From NCBI GenBank assembly GCA_951406725.2, contig OX597829.1, forward strand, positions 434,001-498,000: 64,000 bases of DNA. Reading direction: 5' to 3'. Under the pieces are notes generated by a model. The model was not told the DNA's origin and did not search any database. It saw only the letters and a list, made by a program, of their open reading frames with translations. Below are positions 1 through 14,690 of this stretch, one piece after another (the stretch's first letter is position 1; the number at the start of each line of letters is the position of its first letter). Source of the DNA: Octopus vulgaris (lineage: Eukaryota). Made by a program: the position numbers and the translations under genes.

Positions 1-174
1 TGTGTAACAATCATCGGTGTTTATTATCTTAACTCCAATGATAGATCCTTTATTCTTTTGTTAGAAAGAGGCTTACACCATTCTAGAAAGAATACTAGTA
101 ATATACTAATAAGCAAAATGAAGAAAAACATACATATGAATAAACATAGACATATAGAAACATCTCTCTCTCTC

Positions 175-231
<57 letters not shown>

Positions 232-235
<4 letters not shown>

Positions 236-1730
236 CAGGTTCCAGAAGGACTTGATAAAAATATTCAAAGAGTTCGGCCTGTCCATAACGGTTACTACCA
301 ACCTGGCTACGGTTGATTTCATGGACGTAACCTTAGGCCTGAATATAGGTTAATATTACCCCTACAGGAAGCCTAATAAAGAAATAGTATGTATCCACCA
401 GAGATCAAACCACCCCACTGTAATTAGAAACCTTGTTTCAGGCATTAACAAACAGGTGTATAAACTCTCCGCCAAAATGGAGATCGTTAATAGAGCCCCC
501 CACCCCCACTACCACGATCCTTTGGCTAGGAGCGGATTTTCTGAGAAGCTTACTATGTGGACGAATCCCAAACCCCATCACCTCACTCCAAAAGATTTAG
601 GTAAAAAGAAAATAATCCTGTATAACCCGCCATGTAACCTAAAAGATTCTATCAACGTAGTCAGGGGCTTCCTGTTATTAATAAAGAAACATTTCCCCGG
701 ATGCCATCAGTATTACGAACTTTTGAACCCCCATAATGTCAAGGTAAGCTACTCTTGATTAGACAACATCGCATTTAACATCGCACGCACCAACAAACGT
801 AAAAATGCACCCACACAATCCTCAACCCCAACCTGCAACTGTCGAAACTCTATCACCTGCCCTCTAGGAGCATCCTGCCTCTCAAGGGCTGTAGTATACA
901 GATCCGCCCTTACACCATCCGACGGAATTACTACGCAATGCATGGGCGTGGCTGCCAATGACTTCAAGGGCAGATATTCCCAGCATTTGCATTCATTTAG
1001 AAAGAACTCCACTTCACTGTCGCACTTCCTCTGGAGACAACGTGACCTCCGACACGAAGCACCCAGCATCAAATGGACTATTATCTACAGGGCATCACCA
1101 TATTCACCTGGCACCCTTAATTTTCAGCTGTGCCTCCGCGATAAACTGCATATCATCTACCAACCCACAGTATCCCTCAACATAAAATATGAGGTATCGT
1201 ATTGCTGTCACCAGATGTACACTATTCTGGTAAATTTCAAACCTCTGGCCATCGACAACTCGAATATACCTCCTTAGTACTAGCCACCCCTAGCACCGCC
1301 TGCACCAAGGTCACCGTTATAAATTAACCCTCATGAACAGTACTGCAAATCACCAATCCTCAACACTTCTCTATGCCTGTCTACCCGCATACTTTCACTC
1401 CTTGTCCATTACCTGTGCATGACCACAATAGTAGGCATGAGCATGTGCGTGTGTTTGCACATGCATCTGCTCACCGTATGCATGTGTACAGATGTATGTG
1501 TGCATGCGCGCACCCGTCCACAACTCGGTTGATTTTCCTGTTCACCATGCGGTATTTTCCATCTAACTGATGCCGATAAAATAGCCACACCGATACCGCG
1601 TGACCTTTCTCGACCAATCGCAGGCTAACGTCCAGTAATAAATATCGACTCTCTTCAATCGGACTCTTATACAGACTCCAATTGCCGAAGACTAGCCATG
1701 CGTTTGAAACTCAGAGTACCAAGGTTTCTA
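232..1730 (+). mobile_element. Decayed Penelope-like retroelement: RT C-terminus, GIY-YIG endonuclease and 3' UTR/pLTR
   Basis: Manual translation gives KIFKEFGLSITVTTNLATVDFMDVTL..YRKPN..IHQRSNHP (Penelope RT thumb). The frame of the 456 and 942 ORFs gives CNCRNSITCPLGASCLSRAVVY..MGVAANDFKGRYSQHLHSFR (Cys-rich linker plus GIY-YIG). Stops and a frameshift are present. Confidence 0.88.
1682..1722 (+). ncRNA. Degenerate hammerhead-like motif at the Penelope 3' end
   Basis: ttg-CCGAAGA-ctagccatgcgttt-GAAA-ctcagag-TA-ccaa. Core has U4C, stem II is poor, and stem III is the near-palindrome ACTC-A-GAGT. Confidence 0.35.
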
Positions 1731-2192
1731 AATCAAACTACACACACACACACGCACACACACAGATATATATATATGTATACACACACACACAGAGGTA
1801 GAGAGTGAGAGAAAGAGAGAGAGACATACATATGCATATGAATATGTACATGTGTATTTTTACATATATATATATATGCGCGTGTGTGTGTGTAAATTTG
1901 TATGTCTATAGACATTTGAAGGGTTCACTTTGTTACAAATTTAAGTTTCCTGTTTTTTAAAAGTTCTTCAAAGCCACTCATTCACACATTATGACACATA
2001 TACACATAGAAATAGACACACACACACACACACAAAATAAATGTGTAATATATATTCGCGGATACATGCAGACAAACTCATATATTTGTATATTTATGTA
2101 TGTATGCATTTGTATATGTTAATGTACGCACGTGTAAAGATGTATATATATACGTATATAAATGTATATGATCTATATTTGTATACATATGT

Positions 2193-2239
<47 letters not shown>

Positions 2240-2265
2240 CACATATGCACATATATATTTTATAC

Positions 2266-2312
<47 letters not shown>

Positions 2313-3139
2313 TATATATATATATAGATATTTGTCCGTATGAATGCAATTTCAATTAAAATCTATTCTTGTTTTGTCTATAAACGAACGAAATCTTGTT
2401 TAGATGATATCATAAGATTGTAACATGGTCGTGAAGTAACCTTGCATGGTTTATGGAAGGATATCCTCGCATCTCAGACAGATTGTCGCCGTAAAACTAT
2501 TTTATCAAACCCTTTCCATACTCTGCATAATTTCAAGTCATCATTTATTTTTTAACATTTACACTCACGTTACGTAGACAAACACATACTTCAAAATCGC
2601 ACAACAACATATATGCCTACATAAAAATATACATAGGGAGAGTGTTCAGCGTACATAAAGCCAACACGCCCAAAAAAAATAACAGCCGCATATCCCTCCT
2701 CCAATCATACTGAACCGACATGCAATAAATATAAAATTTAACGAAGGTATAGTTTGGGGAACATAAGTTATACTTGTACTGCTGTAATAATGTCCTCGCC
2801 CATACACATAATACTGATGTGTGTATGGGTGTAGAGAGAAAGATAAACAGATTGATAGATACACCCACACACAACGATTCATAGACACGCATATCGTATG
2901 GATCTCATGTAACTTGTTATATTGAAATTTGACACTGAGTTGGAAAATTAATTTTTATTATCTTGAAATCTCGTCGGCGCTCAGAAAAGAAAAAAAAGTC
3001 GTATTCATGTCATAACGATATGGTTATTTTCGGTTGAGTATGATGAATTTATTGGGTTATCTACCTAACTTTTTAGGAGAGGGATAGGTAAAAAGTAGTG
3101 CATGCGTTGATATAGGACGGTGAAAGAGATAGGGAGTGA

Positions 3140-3840
<701 letters not shown>

Positions 3841-4374
3841 ATACGGAAGGGCAAATAGAGAAGGAAGAGGGAGATGGAAAATAGAGAGAAATTGGCTAAA
3901 AAGAGACAGTCAAGCAGGGATTGGATAACCGAGTTTTCGAACATATTGGTATTTCATCAGTTCCAAAATGGCAGGAAATAAAATTAGGTGTTATGATGAA
4001 TTAAACAGAACCAGTTCCATTGACACTAATCACATTGGCGTTACTACAATTTATTTATACGTTGTGTGGTGGTTTCTATAATTTTGCTCGTGATTTATTT
4101 TTGAATTAAGCTAGCGATTGAATTTTGTAAGGAATTCATAAAATATAATTAAAACGAGAAAATGAGTTCGAAATGAGAAAGTAAATGAAATTCAAAAAAT
4201 TTTAGAAACTAACATTTCTTAATTTCTGTCGCTTCTTTTAACTTGAGCTCTTAATCAGAAAAAGCCACAGAGGAACGCAAGAAAGATGAACAGAAAAATC
4301 CCAAACTTAAAACCGAACTCTCAATGCCTTAAAAGGGCAGATTGACCTCTCTTAGTGACCGAATAAAGCAAATA

Positions 4375-4607
4375 CCTATTTCTTTACTATCCACAAGAGG
4401 CTAAACACAGAGAGGACAAACAAGGACAGACAAACGGATTAAGCCGATTACATCGACCCCAGTGCGTAACTGGTACTTATTTAATCGACCCCGAAAGGAT
4501 GAAAGGCAAAGTCGACCTCGGCGGAAGTTGAACTCAGAACGTAGCGGCAGACGAAATACCGCAAAGCATTTCGCCCGGCGTGCAAACGTTTCTGCCAGCT
4601 CGCCGCC
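4375..4607 (-). mobile_element. tRNA-derived SINE family A, full length, with probable TSD
   Basis: Reverse complement reads GGCGGCGAGCTGGCAGAAACG..GAGTTCAA (B box)..GCCTTTCATCCTTTCGGGGTCGAT..AAAGAAATAGG. Both flanks carry aaagcaaatacc. Confidence 0.9.
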
Positions 4608-4932
4608 TTGAAGAAAGCAAATACCACGGCTTGATTGATGAGGATTTTGTCAAAAGATGGTATTTAGCCTCATTCCCGACTGAAGTCGGCTGATGCTGTT
4701 TCAAATAAGGTCAATGAGCTATTTCATGCAGAATATTGTTTTGAACCTAGTCAACCTTGGGGCGGATAGACATGGAAGCAGACACTAATTCAAGGTAGGT
4801 GTAGGTGGAAGTTTACCTGTGAAATCTAATTTGATCCTCGTTACTCCACACAGTTAATGTGTACAAGTATTTGCATCCCTATAACTTACATAAATACATA
4901 CACACAGAAGTGCGTGCGCGCGTGTATGTCTC

Positions 4933-5288
4933 TATGTATGTATGTATGTATGTATGCATGTATGTATGCATGTATGTATGTATGTATGTATGTATGTATG
5001 TATGTATGTATGTATGTATGTATGTATGTATGTATGTATGAATGTATGTATGAATGTATGTATGTATGTATGTATGTATGTATGTGTGTGTGTATGTATG
5101 TATGTATGTATGTATGTATGTATGTATGTATGTACGTATGTATGTACGTATGTATGTATGTATGTATGCATGTATGTATGTATGTATGTATGTGTGTATG
5201 TATGTATGTATGTGCGTATGTATGAATGTATGTATGTATGTATGTATGTATGTATGTATGTATGTATGCATGGATGTATGTATGTATG

Positions 5289-5320
<32 letters not shown>

Positions 5321-5567
5321 TGTATGTATGTATGTATGTATGTATGTATGTATGTATGTATGTATGTATGTATGTATGTATGTATGTATGTATGTATGTA
5401 TGTATGTATGTATGTATGTATGTATGTATGTATGTATGTATGTATGTATGTATGTATGTATGTATGTATGTATGTATGTATGTATGTATGTATGTATGTA
5501 TGTTTGCATGCATGTATGTAGTTATGTACGTACATTTATATGTACGTACATATGTATGTACGTACAT
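4933..5567. repeat. (TATG)n tetranucleotide microsatellite
   Basis: Direct reading of the sequence. Confidence 0.98.
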
Positions 5568-5759
5568 ATTATATGAAGAGTACCATTGGTCGATAACTAA
5601 TGAAGAATTATAGACCGTCTGTTTGTCACCCGTTCGTTTTTACATTCAGTATACGTTACGTCGTTTGTTTATACATCTTTTCATTTATACAAGCATACAT
5701 ACATAAGTATATACGTATGTATGTATGAAGTTATGTACGTATGTATGTACGTACATATG

Positions 5760-5937
5760 ATTAGCCATTTTTCTCTCCTTTTTTCTCTCCTTGTTTTTTC
5801 TGTGTCCCTTTCTGTAGAAGAGCGTAGGCTCGAAAAGTAAAAGCCTTTTTCTATTCCTGAGTGTTATACTAATACATCTGTTTGTTTTGTATACCACCTG
5901 TCTTCGTCTTTTGTTTTTTTCGTAAACTCTCCCTTTA
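5760..5937 (+). mobile_element. Short hammerhead-bearing repeat (Penelope pLTR-like); second copy at 31696-31869
   Basis: Nearly identical to 31696-31869. Contains cttt-CTGTAGA-a-gagc-gtag-gctc-GAAA-ag-TA-aaag. Confidence 0.7.
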
Positions 5938-5952
5938 TACATACATACATAC

Positions 5953-5983
<31 letters not shown>

Positions 5984-6021
5984 CATACATACATACATAC
6001 ATACATACATACATACATACA

Positions 6022-6055
<34 letters not shown>

Positions 6056-6070
6056 CATACATACAAACAT
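5937..6070. repeat. (CATA)n microsatellite
   Basis: Direct reading of the sequence. Confidence 0.97.
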
Positions 6071-6814
6071 ACATGCATATATACATGCATAAGAACATAC
6101 GTATGTAATTTTGTATGCATATCATAAAAACGTGGTACAGTGGCACGATAAAAAAAAAACATACGGAAAAACAGGAAAAATAAACAATGGATGCAGAAAT
6201 GATGAGCCTTCCATCGTTATCGATCAACAATCATCACAATTTCTACACCATCAGATATTGCTCACTTTGTTGGGTATAAATGAGGGCATATAACGCAGAA
6301 ACACGAGCAGAAAAAATAGGACAAGTACAATAACAAGAAAAGATAAGGCTGCTAGGACTAGTTATGAAAAGAGTGGGGGAGAAAACCCTATCGAATGAAA
6401 GGAACAAATAAGCGAAGACAATAACAAAGCATATAATAAACGACAATGTGTACATAGAAGGTCGTGCGACAAGTGACCAAAAGAGATGAAAAAAGAGAAA
6501 AAAGACCTCTTATGCGATATAACACCAGTAAGAAGGAAGGTGGTCCTTTCAGACGGGCATACACATATAATCGAATCGCTAAGGTACGTGGACGTAAGGA
6601 CACCAACATCGGTTGTCAAGCGATGATGGGGTGGGAAGCAAACAAAGAGAAAACGACACACACACACACACTCACACACACACACTCACACACACACACA
6701 CTCACACACACATAATGTCAATGTTTTGGTCACTGTGAAGAGAAACAGCGTGTACTATCATTATATTGCTACTTCTGCTTTAGGTCAACGCGTCTCTGAA
6801 CTTATTTCATCTTT

Positions 6815-6848
<34 letters not shown>

Positions 6849-7197
6849 GAGAGAGAGAGAGAGAAAGAGAGAGACAGAGACAGAGAGAGAAGGAGAGAGA
6901 GGAGGAGGAGAGAGTATTTCTTTATTCACCATAAGGTTGAGAAAAAGAAGGGACGATACGAGGACAGACATTGGGGGTCAGGGTATCGAATGAGACGAAA
7001 CGTATGAATAAACAAACAATTAAAATATATAGATTGGTTCATTCACCGAATTTATGGATTTGGACGTAGTACACAGCGGTGTTTTGTGAGGAAAAGAGGA
7101 AGAGAAAAGAATATGTTGGTTTGATAACATTCGGGAAGAGGACTGACAAATCATTAATAAATGAGGAACTACATAGAAAAATTATAAATTAACAACC

Positions 7198-7320
7198 ACA
7201 GCGTGGAAGACACATATTAGCTATTCAAAATAAAAAAGACACACAAAGACTATTAACTTAAACATTCATTATTTCATGTCAAAATTAGAGTCGCAGAAAC
7301 TGCGACCTGGTCACTGACAT
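7198..7320 (-). mobile_element. Diverged copy of the G3-C8 hammerhead element family (see 22952-23092)
   Basis: Shares cagcgtggaag..cacacaaa..tgtcaaaa..gtcgc..gcgacctg.tcactgaca with 22952-23092. The GAAA core is lost. Confidence 0.6.
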
Positions 7321-7420
7321 CATCATCATTATCATTGTTCGACCGTGGTCGAGACAATGGAATTTACTATTCTATACCAGACTTCACGGTCCATCATAGC
7401 ATTACGGAGGTCCTGTTGCT
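7318..7420 (-). mobile_element. RTE-like LINE 3' terminal fragment with (TGA)n tail
   Basis: Minus strand encodes QQDLRNAMMDREVW..IVSTTVEQ* followed by tgataatgatgatg. Same family as 17173-17349. Confidence 0.75.
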
Positions 7421-7427
7421 GAAAGAA

Positions 7428-7437
7428 GCTCGTCGTG

Positions 7438-7470
<33 letters not shown>

Positions 7471-7680
7471 CGTTGTGTCTGTGTTTGCTTCCCACCCCAT
7501 CATCGCTTGACAACCGATGAAGGTGTCCTTACATCCACGTACCTTAGCGATTCGGCAAAGAGACCGATAGAATAAGTACTAGGCTTACAAAGAATAAGTC
7601 CTGTGATAGATTTCTTCGACTGCAGTGCTTCAGCACGGACATCAGTCAAATGACTGAAACGAGTAAAAGAATAAAAGAAT
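7428..7680 (+). mobile_element. SINE family B (CORE-type), 3' half
   Basis: Matches the 3' half of the full copy at 34124-34530 (cttgacaaccgatg..gatagaataagtactaggcttacaaagaataagtcc..tgactgaaac). Confidence 0.8.
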
Positions 7681-7869
7681 ATATCCATAATTTTGTCTGA
7701 TGATGCAGGATACCACCTTAAGTTTCCTGTTTGGAATCACAGAATAATTAATTAATGTAATTATTATTTCTTTCCTTTTTATTCCTTAACGACAACTTCA
7801 TTAAATTAGACAGGAAAATGAAGTTGGGTCACAATGTTAAACACCTGGATTTTACTGTGTCTAATCATT

Positions 7870-8090
7870 GGATTCATACGGCCGGTATTCATGACATACA
7901 TAAGTGGCACAGGTCACAACATCACCCCTGGACAGAACACAGGTCCGTTGCTGGGTTACTTACAGCTGAATGAACTGAAGTAACGGTGAAATGAAGTGTT
8001 TTTCTCCAAAATGCATCGCACCACCCAGTCTGGGAAACGAAACCATGACCTTGGTGTACAACACCCTAAACACTAGTCCACGCTCCTCCA
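7870..8090 (-). mobile_element. Old tRNA-headed SINE (family C-like), degenerate
   Basis: Minus strand contains cagttcattcagctgtaagt, shared with 14270-14700, and a decayed tRNA-like head. Confidence 0.5.
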
Positions 8091-8279
8091 CTTATGACCT
8101 GCACACCTGTGGATTAATTTCACTTTGCGTCAGACACGACAAACAATCATTCTTTCTTTCTCTGTTTCTCGTTTGAAGAAGTCTTGATCTCTATCAGATT
8201 GTAAATATGAGAAATGGGGAGGAATTCCATTTTATCTACTAAACTATTTTCACGAAAAGAGAGTAATATATATATATAC

Positions 8280-8311
<32 letters not shown>

Positions 8312-8939
8312 GAAGAGGGGGTTGATCTCATGGGAGAGGGTGTTCTCACGAATTCTTTAATGTTGGTCTCGTCAAGAGACAGTCTCAACAAACTGTCACA
8401 GCTGTCATGTTAGGAGAGACAAGTCTGGCACAGTTACAATAATTCTTGATTTTCAGATATTTCCACAGTATGACAAACTGAAACAACCCTTGTAAATCAA
8501 CCGGACATCATTAAAACTGTATAATAGTAACAATATAATGTAGTAGTAACAATAATAATAACAATAAGTATACGTATGCCTATACATATGCACAACAATT
8601 CATCTGAATATACGTACATACATAAATATTAATATACAAACATACATACACACAAACATTCGCTGGTGTGGTAATCAATGAAGTTTCTCTATCTTCAAAC
8701 ACGCTTTTTCATATGATGTGTGTGTGTGTGTGTCCGTCTTTCACATCTTACTTGTTCCAGTAACAACAGGATTATGGCCATTCTGGAGCATGAATATTTA
8801 CCATCTTTTTCAGTCTGGTACTTATTTTGACTGTAGCATTTGACGAACTGTTTACAAGGACGTAAACAAACCCATGCTGGTTGTCATTCAGTGGGTGAGG
8901 AACAAGGACACAGAAATACGCGTACACACAAACATGCTT

Positions 8940-8967
8940 ATACATACATCCATACATACATACATAT

Positions 8968-9000
<33 letters not shown>

Positions 9001-9888
9001 TACATACAAACATACATACATACATACAAACATACATACATACATACATACATACATACATACATACATACATACACACATACATACATACATACATACA
9101 TACATACATACACACATACACACATACATACATACATGCATACATGCATACATGCATACATGCATACATACATACATACATACATACATAAATACATACA
9201 TAAATACACACATACATACATACATGCATACATGCATACATGCATACATGCATACATACAAACATACATACATACATAACATACATACATAAATACATAC
9301 ATACATACATACATACATACATACATACATACATACATACATACATACACACATACATACATACATACATACATACATACATACATACATACATACATAC
9401 ATACATACATACATACATACATACATACATACATACATACATACATACATACATACATACATACATACATTCATACATACATACATACATACACACATAC
9501 ATACATACATACATACATACATACATACATACATACATACACACATACATACATACATACATACATACATACAACATACATACATACATACATACATACA
9601 TACATACATACATACATACATACACATACATACATACATACATACATACATACATACATACATACAACATACATACAACATACATACATACATACATACA
9701 TACATACATACATACATACATACATACATACATACATACATACATACATACATACATACATACATACATACATACATACATACATACATACATACATACA
9801 TACATACATACATACATACATACATACATACATACATACATACATACATACATACATACATACATACATACATACATACATACATACA

Positions 9889-9918
<30 letters not shown>
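8940..9918. repeat. ~1 kb (CATA)n microsatellite
   Basis: Direct reading of the sequence. Confidence 0.98.
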
Positions 9919-9919
<1 letters not shown>

Positions 9920-9931
9920 TTATATATATAT

Positions 9932-10140
9932 TCTTTTATTCTTATAATTGTTTCACACATTTGACTGCGGCCATGATGGAGCACCGCCTTGAAGGGTTTT
10001 AGTCGAAGAAATTAACCCCAGGACTTATTCTTCGTAAGCCTAGTACTTATTCTATCAGTCTCTTTTGCCAAATCCGCTAAGTTACTGGGACATAAGCAGA
10101 CCAGCATTGGTTGTCAAGCGATGGCGATGGACAAAGACAC
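9932..10140 (-). mobile_element. SINE family B, 3' half
   Basis: tttgactgcggccatgatggagcaccgcc..ggacttattctt..gctaagttac matches 34124-34330. Confidence 0.85.
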
Positions 10141-10205
10141 ACACGCACACACACACCCATAGGCACACACACACAAAAATACATACATACACACACACCC
10201 ATAGG

Positions 10206-10259
<54 letters not shown>

Positions 10260-10406
10260 CAACGGGATTCTTGCGTTCCGTTACTTAATAAGAGAAAAAT
10301 GTATTGTAAGTACACAGACGAAAAATATAAAAAAAGTGTAAAGTACACTGAATGTACTCAATACGTTTTTTTATTGCTTGTTAGTGTATTTACTATAATT
10401 TTTCAC

Positions 10407-10493
<87 letters not shown>

Positions 10494-12091
10494 TCATATA
10501 TATATATATTTATATTTGTATTTACACATATATCCATGCACACATACACCTATATACATACATACGCACACACATATATATATACAAAAAGATAAAAATA
10601 CGTAAATATATGCATACGTATGTGTGTATATATATATATGCATGTGTGTGTATGCATATATATATATGTATACATATATATACATATATATATATATGTA
10701 TAAATATATATATCCTAGATATATTTGAGGGAATGTATGATTGCGTGCGCTCGTGTTTGCTTGTGTGTGTATGCGTGCGTGCACGCGCGTGTGTGCTGTG
10801 TGTGTGTGTGTGTGTACGCGCGTTTTCCTATAACCTATCGCAAATGAGGTTATTATGCTCTTTACATGAAAATGCTAGCGGTGCTTTAATATCAAAATTT
10901 TATATTTCCATATACCAACAATCGAACATTATTTTTTAGCGACACGCACGAAAATGAATTCTTACAAATAATACAAGATTTTCAAGATTTTTTCATAAGT
11001 ATGAATTTATGACATTTGATATACGCCATGTATTTTCTCAGCCAAAGATTGGAGACAGAACCCAAATTATGTTTTCTATTCTTAAGTAGTAATCTTCCAG
11101 CTTAGTGCTATCTATCATGGTCGTACATACACCAAAAATAATGGCGATTGCTATCGTCCGAATAATGAATCATTTTTTGCATTTTTGATACGAAGAACCT
11201 CTTTAGTTAGGAAGTTCAGTTCGACAGGGGGTAATAAATATTTTTGTCTCTCACTGGAGGAATAGCAAAATCATAGGTCCCCGGTGTTATTTGCTTTCTA
11301 GACTTGTAATCTCATTTTTGTTTTCTGGTCAGACTCGTTAACTTCCTTTCTGTTTTCTTCTCTCTACCCCCAAGTGTTTCTCCTATCTCAATTTCTAACT
11401 TCTCTACCCAAACTTTCCTTAATTTTTCTTGTCTACCCACCATTTGTGTTGTCTCCGCTTTTTATATATTAAATTGTCTCCACTCTAGGTGGTCCGGTTC
11501 TTATCGGAACAAGGAAGTTTATTGCTGAAATACGTCCTTTTCTTCCAGACATTTTGTCTCTTTAGAAACTTAATTCTGATTTTGTTTGATTCATTACTTA
11601 TTCTAAACTAGTAGGGGTGGAGATTAGTAGTGGTGATGGTAGGAGAGAGAAAAAAAAGTAAACTTTTGTCTTTACCTTAACAGACATCTGAATTGGTCAC
11701 CAACTGATTTTTATGGTTAGAATGTTGGGTTCGGGACTATAAGGGCTTAGGTTCGATTTTTGTAGTAAAGAGCGTACTGAGTACTTGTGCGAAACACTTC
11801 ATTTCATGCTGCTCTTTTCTCTTAAACTGACAGTAAGAGCACCGGACTAGATCTGGCACGGCCCTCAATCCCTCCAGCTGTCATATCTTCGTTGTTCCCC
11901 TCGGTCATGAGTGGGCGCGTGTTGAGCGTGTCTGTGTTTGTGTATAATTAGACAGGAACAAATAACAAAATCAGAGCGCATTCTTCTAAATTATGCTCGG
12001 TTTGGACGAACGGTGTTGTGCCTCTAGCCTACACAACCCTTCAGTTACTTGTGACATCGACGTAGTCGATGTTCTTGCGGAACAGTTGCAA

Positions 12092-12316
12092 GCTGACAGA
12101 ATCGTTAGCAGGCCGGGCGAAATGCGTAGCCGTATTTCGTCAGCCGTTACGTTCTGAATTCAAATTCCGCCGAGGTCGACATTGCCTTTCATCCTTTCTG
12201 GGTCGATAAATTAAGTACCAGTTACGCACTGGGGTTGATGCAATCGACTTAATCCGTTTGTCTGTCCTTGTTTGTCCTCTCTATGTTTAGCCCCTTGTGG
12301 GTAGTAAAGAAATAGG
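12092..12316 (+). mobile_element. SINE family A
   Basis: Matches the family A consensus from agctgacagaatcgttagc to gtaaagaaatagg. Confidence 0.9.
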
Positions 12317-12923
12317 AACATTTGCAAGCTGAAAATATTGGCAGAGAAGGAAATTCTTGGGAGAAGTCGGCAACATTCTAGAGAAGAAGGAGAGGACCGG
12401 CTTCAGGGTGGAGAGTGAGTAGGTAGAATATGAATGTATAAGGCGCAACGAGTGAGTGGAGATACGTTGAGTGGAGATAACATGAAATTAGCCCTTCAGA
12501 GAAGACACACTTGCTATAGCAAAAGAACGGGAATTTGTGTACGAAATTTGTATATGGCAAAATTGTATACGAGAAATTTTCCGGACACTGGTAAATAAAT
12601 AGAAAACAGGTACCCGAGATTAAAGGAATTGAATTCCGAACCATTTAGTTGTAAAGAAGATATTTTCTGAGCGCTTACGTCATTCAAAATTATAAGTAAT
12701 GAAGAGATTAAAGGCTACTGAAATGTGAGAAATACATACATATCGTCAGAAGTTCCCATGAAACTCACTGGTCATGGATTGTACGGGATGTATTCCATGA
12801 AGTGGGTGCATCAAATGAATAGGGTTTCGGGGTAGTCACCTCCATCGACAGAATTCCAATCAGTTGCAGGTGATACTTTCCTGGTGTATCAAGGCGTGGT
12901 AGTGTGGTGAGAAGTTCACTTCC

Positions 12924-13601
12924 TAATTTCGAGCATTTCGGCAATTTTAACCAATCGCTGACGTCCATTTAGGTAAATAACATTCTGTGCATAATGAATA
13001 TGTCCCTCTTTTAAGAAACAGATTGGGTTTATTTACATTTGTGACAAAAAAAGATACCCTTCCCCAACCCCTAAACCTAACCCTAACTAACCCTAACTCT
13101 CACCCTAAATCTAAAATAGATTGAAATGCAATAGATTGATACTAGGGCCATAATTATGGGTGACATTTTCATTTGACACCGCTAGAAAAAAATCCCATTT
13201 TCCGTAGCGGTGTCGTATGAAATTGTTACCCATAATTATAACCCTAGTATCGATCTATTGCATTTCAATCTATTTTAGATTTAGGGTGAGAGTTAGGGTT
13301 AGGGTTAGGGGTGGGAGAAGGGCATCTTTTTTCTTCACAAATGTAAATAAACCCAATCTGTTTCTTAAATGGAGGGACATATTCATTATGCACAGAATGT
13401 TATTTACCCAAATGGACGGCCAGCGATTGGTTAAAATTGCCGAAATGCTCGAAATTAAAGACGAAATATCTTACAACCTATAGAATTTTCATAATATAGC
13501 CAAGAGAAAATGATGTTTTATAAACACATTCTACCAGTATACGAAGTTTAAAAGTTAACTAGAAATTGTGTTGAAAAGTGCTGTTCAAAAGGAAAAGATC
13601 C
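12924..13601. mobile_element. TTAGGG-containing MITE with inverted partial duplication (palindrome 12924-13184 / 13205-13457)
   Basis: The two arms are reverse complements by eye. The right copy ends in a TIR-like gttcaaaaggaaaagatcc and matches 37947-38399. Confidence 0.85.
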
Positions 13602-13813
13602 ATATATATATATATATATATATATTAAATGTGAGAAGAAACGCCTGATGAATATCTTTGAGGTATTTCTCAACATATGAAACTATTAGTAACACTTAAC
13701 ATGTATTGTGTTTATTAAATAATATTTAGGTACTCTATCACCAGACAGAGTACTTTTTATGTTGATTTTACCATCACGGAACAGTACATTATAGATATAC
13801 ATGTATGTTTGTG

Positions 13814-13904
<91 letters not shown>

Positions 13905-13914
13905 ATGTATATGT

Positions 13915-14135
13915 GCGTGTGTCTTTGCGTCTGTGTTTGTCTCCCAACACCGCTTGACAACCGGTGTTAGTGTGTTTACGCCTCCGTAAATTAGCGGTTC
14001 GACAAAAAAAGATCGATAAGAATAGGTTTTAAAAAAGTCCTGGGATTGGTTTGCTCGACTAAATGATACCAGTCAAGGCCGTGCTCCAGCATGGCTGCAG
14101 TCGAGAGACTGGAACAAGGAAGAGATAAAAGATAA
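13915..14135 (+). mobile_element. SINE family B, 3' half, diverged
   Basis: gcttgacaaccggtgttagtgtgtttacg..gtgctccagcatggctgcagtc. Confidence 0.7.
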
Positions 14136-14269
14136 AGGATATGGCGGTGTGCTCACAGCTGGAATCCCTGCGTGGAACCCCTGCGATCACAGACCAGCTG
14201 CATTATGTACCAAACAACAAGAACAAGAAGAAGGAAGTATTTATTAGATAATGTAGCCATAGAAACATG

Positions 14270-14690
14270 AAGGTGCATGGCTCAGTGGTTAGAGCGTCAA
14301 GCTCACAATCATGTGGTAGCGAGTTCGATTCCTGGACACTATATTTTATGCTGCCCCAGTTCACTCAGCTGTAGAAATGAGTTGTGACGTCACAGGTGCC
14401 AAGCTGTATCGACTTTTGTCTTTCCCTTGGATAACACTGGTGGCAAGGAGAGGGTGGCTGGTATGCATGGGCGACTGCTGGTCTTCCATGAACAACTTTG
14501 CCTGGATTTGTGCCTGGGAGGTGCAATCTTGTGGTCATTCATGACCGAAGAGGGTTTTTACCCTTTACCCTATGTACATATAACGGCATGGCGAAGGGAG
14601 GCCTGTCTTCCTTAAACAACCTTGCCCGGATTTGAGCCTCGGAGGGTAACTTCCTATGTGCAATCCCATGGTCATTCATGACCGAAGGCT
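14270..14690 (+). mobile_element. tRNA-derived SINE family C with duplicated 3' segment
   Basis: A box TGGCTCAGTGG and B box GAGTTCGATTCC, central cagttcactcagctgtagaaatgag, and a 3' segment (tgcaatc..ggtcattcatgaccgaag) present twice. Confidence 0.75.

Noticed and set aside
3922-3966. Hammerhead-like CTGATGA...GAAA...TA on the minus strand
   Set aside because: Stems I and II pair poorly. It is probably a chance match inside another old repeat.
7690-7745. CTGATGA-gcagga..tcctgt..GAA-TC motif
   Set aside because: It has no GAAA or stem III and the stem II junction is irregular. At best it is a dead relic, so it was not counted.
4857-9984. Long ORFs of MYVC/HTYI repeats (also 42.5-43.7 kb and 55-56 kb)
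   Set aside because: They are stop-free translations of (TATG)n microsatellites, open in several frames on both strands.
13065-13110. True telomere or chromosome-fusion site (head-to-head CCCTAA/TTAGGG)
   Set aside because: The repeats are short, degenerate and internal to a MITE family that also occurs at 37947-38399.
14270-14340. tRNA gene
   Set aside because: A and B boxes are present but there is no closed acceptor stem, and the sequence runs into a SINE body. The same applies to the other SINE heads.
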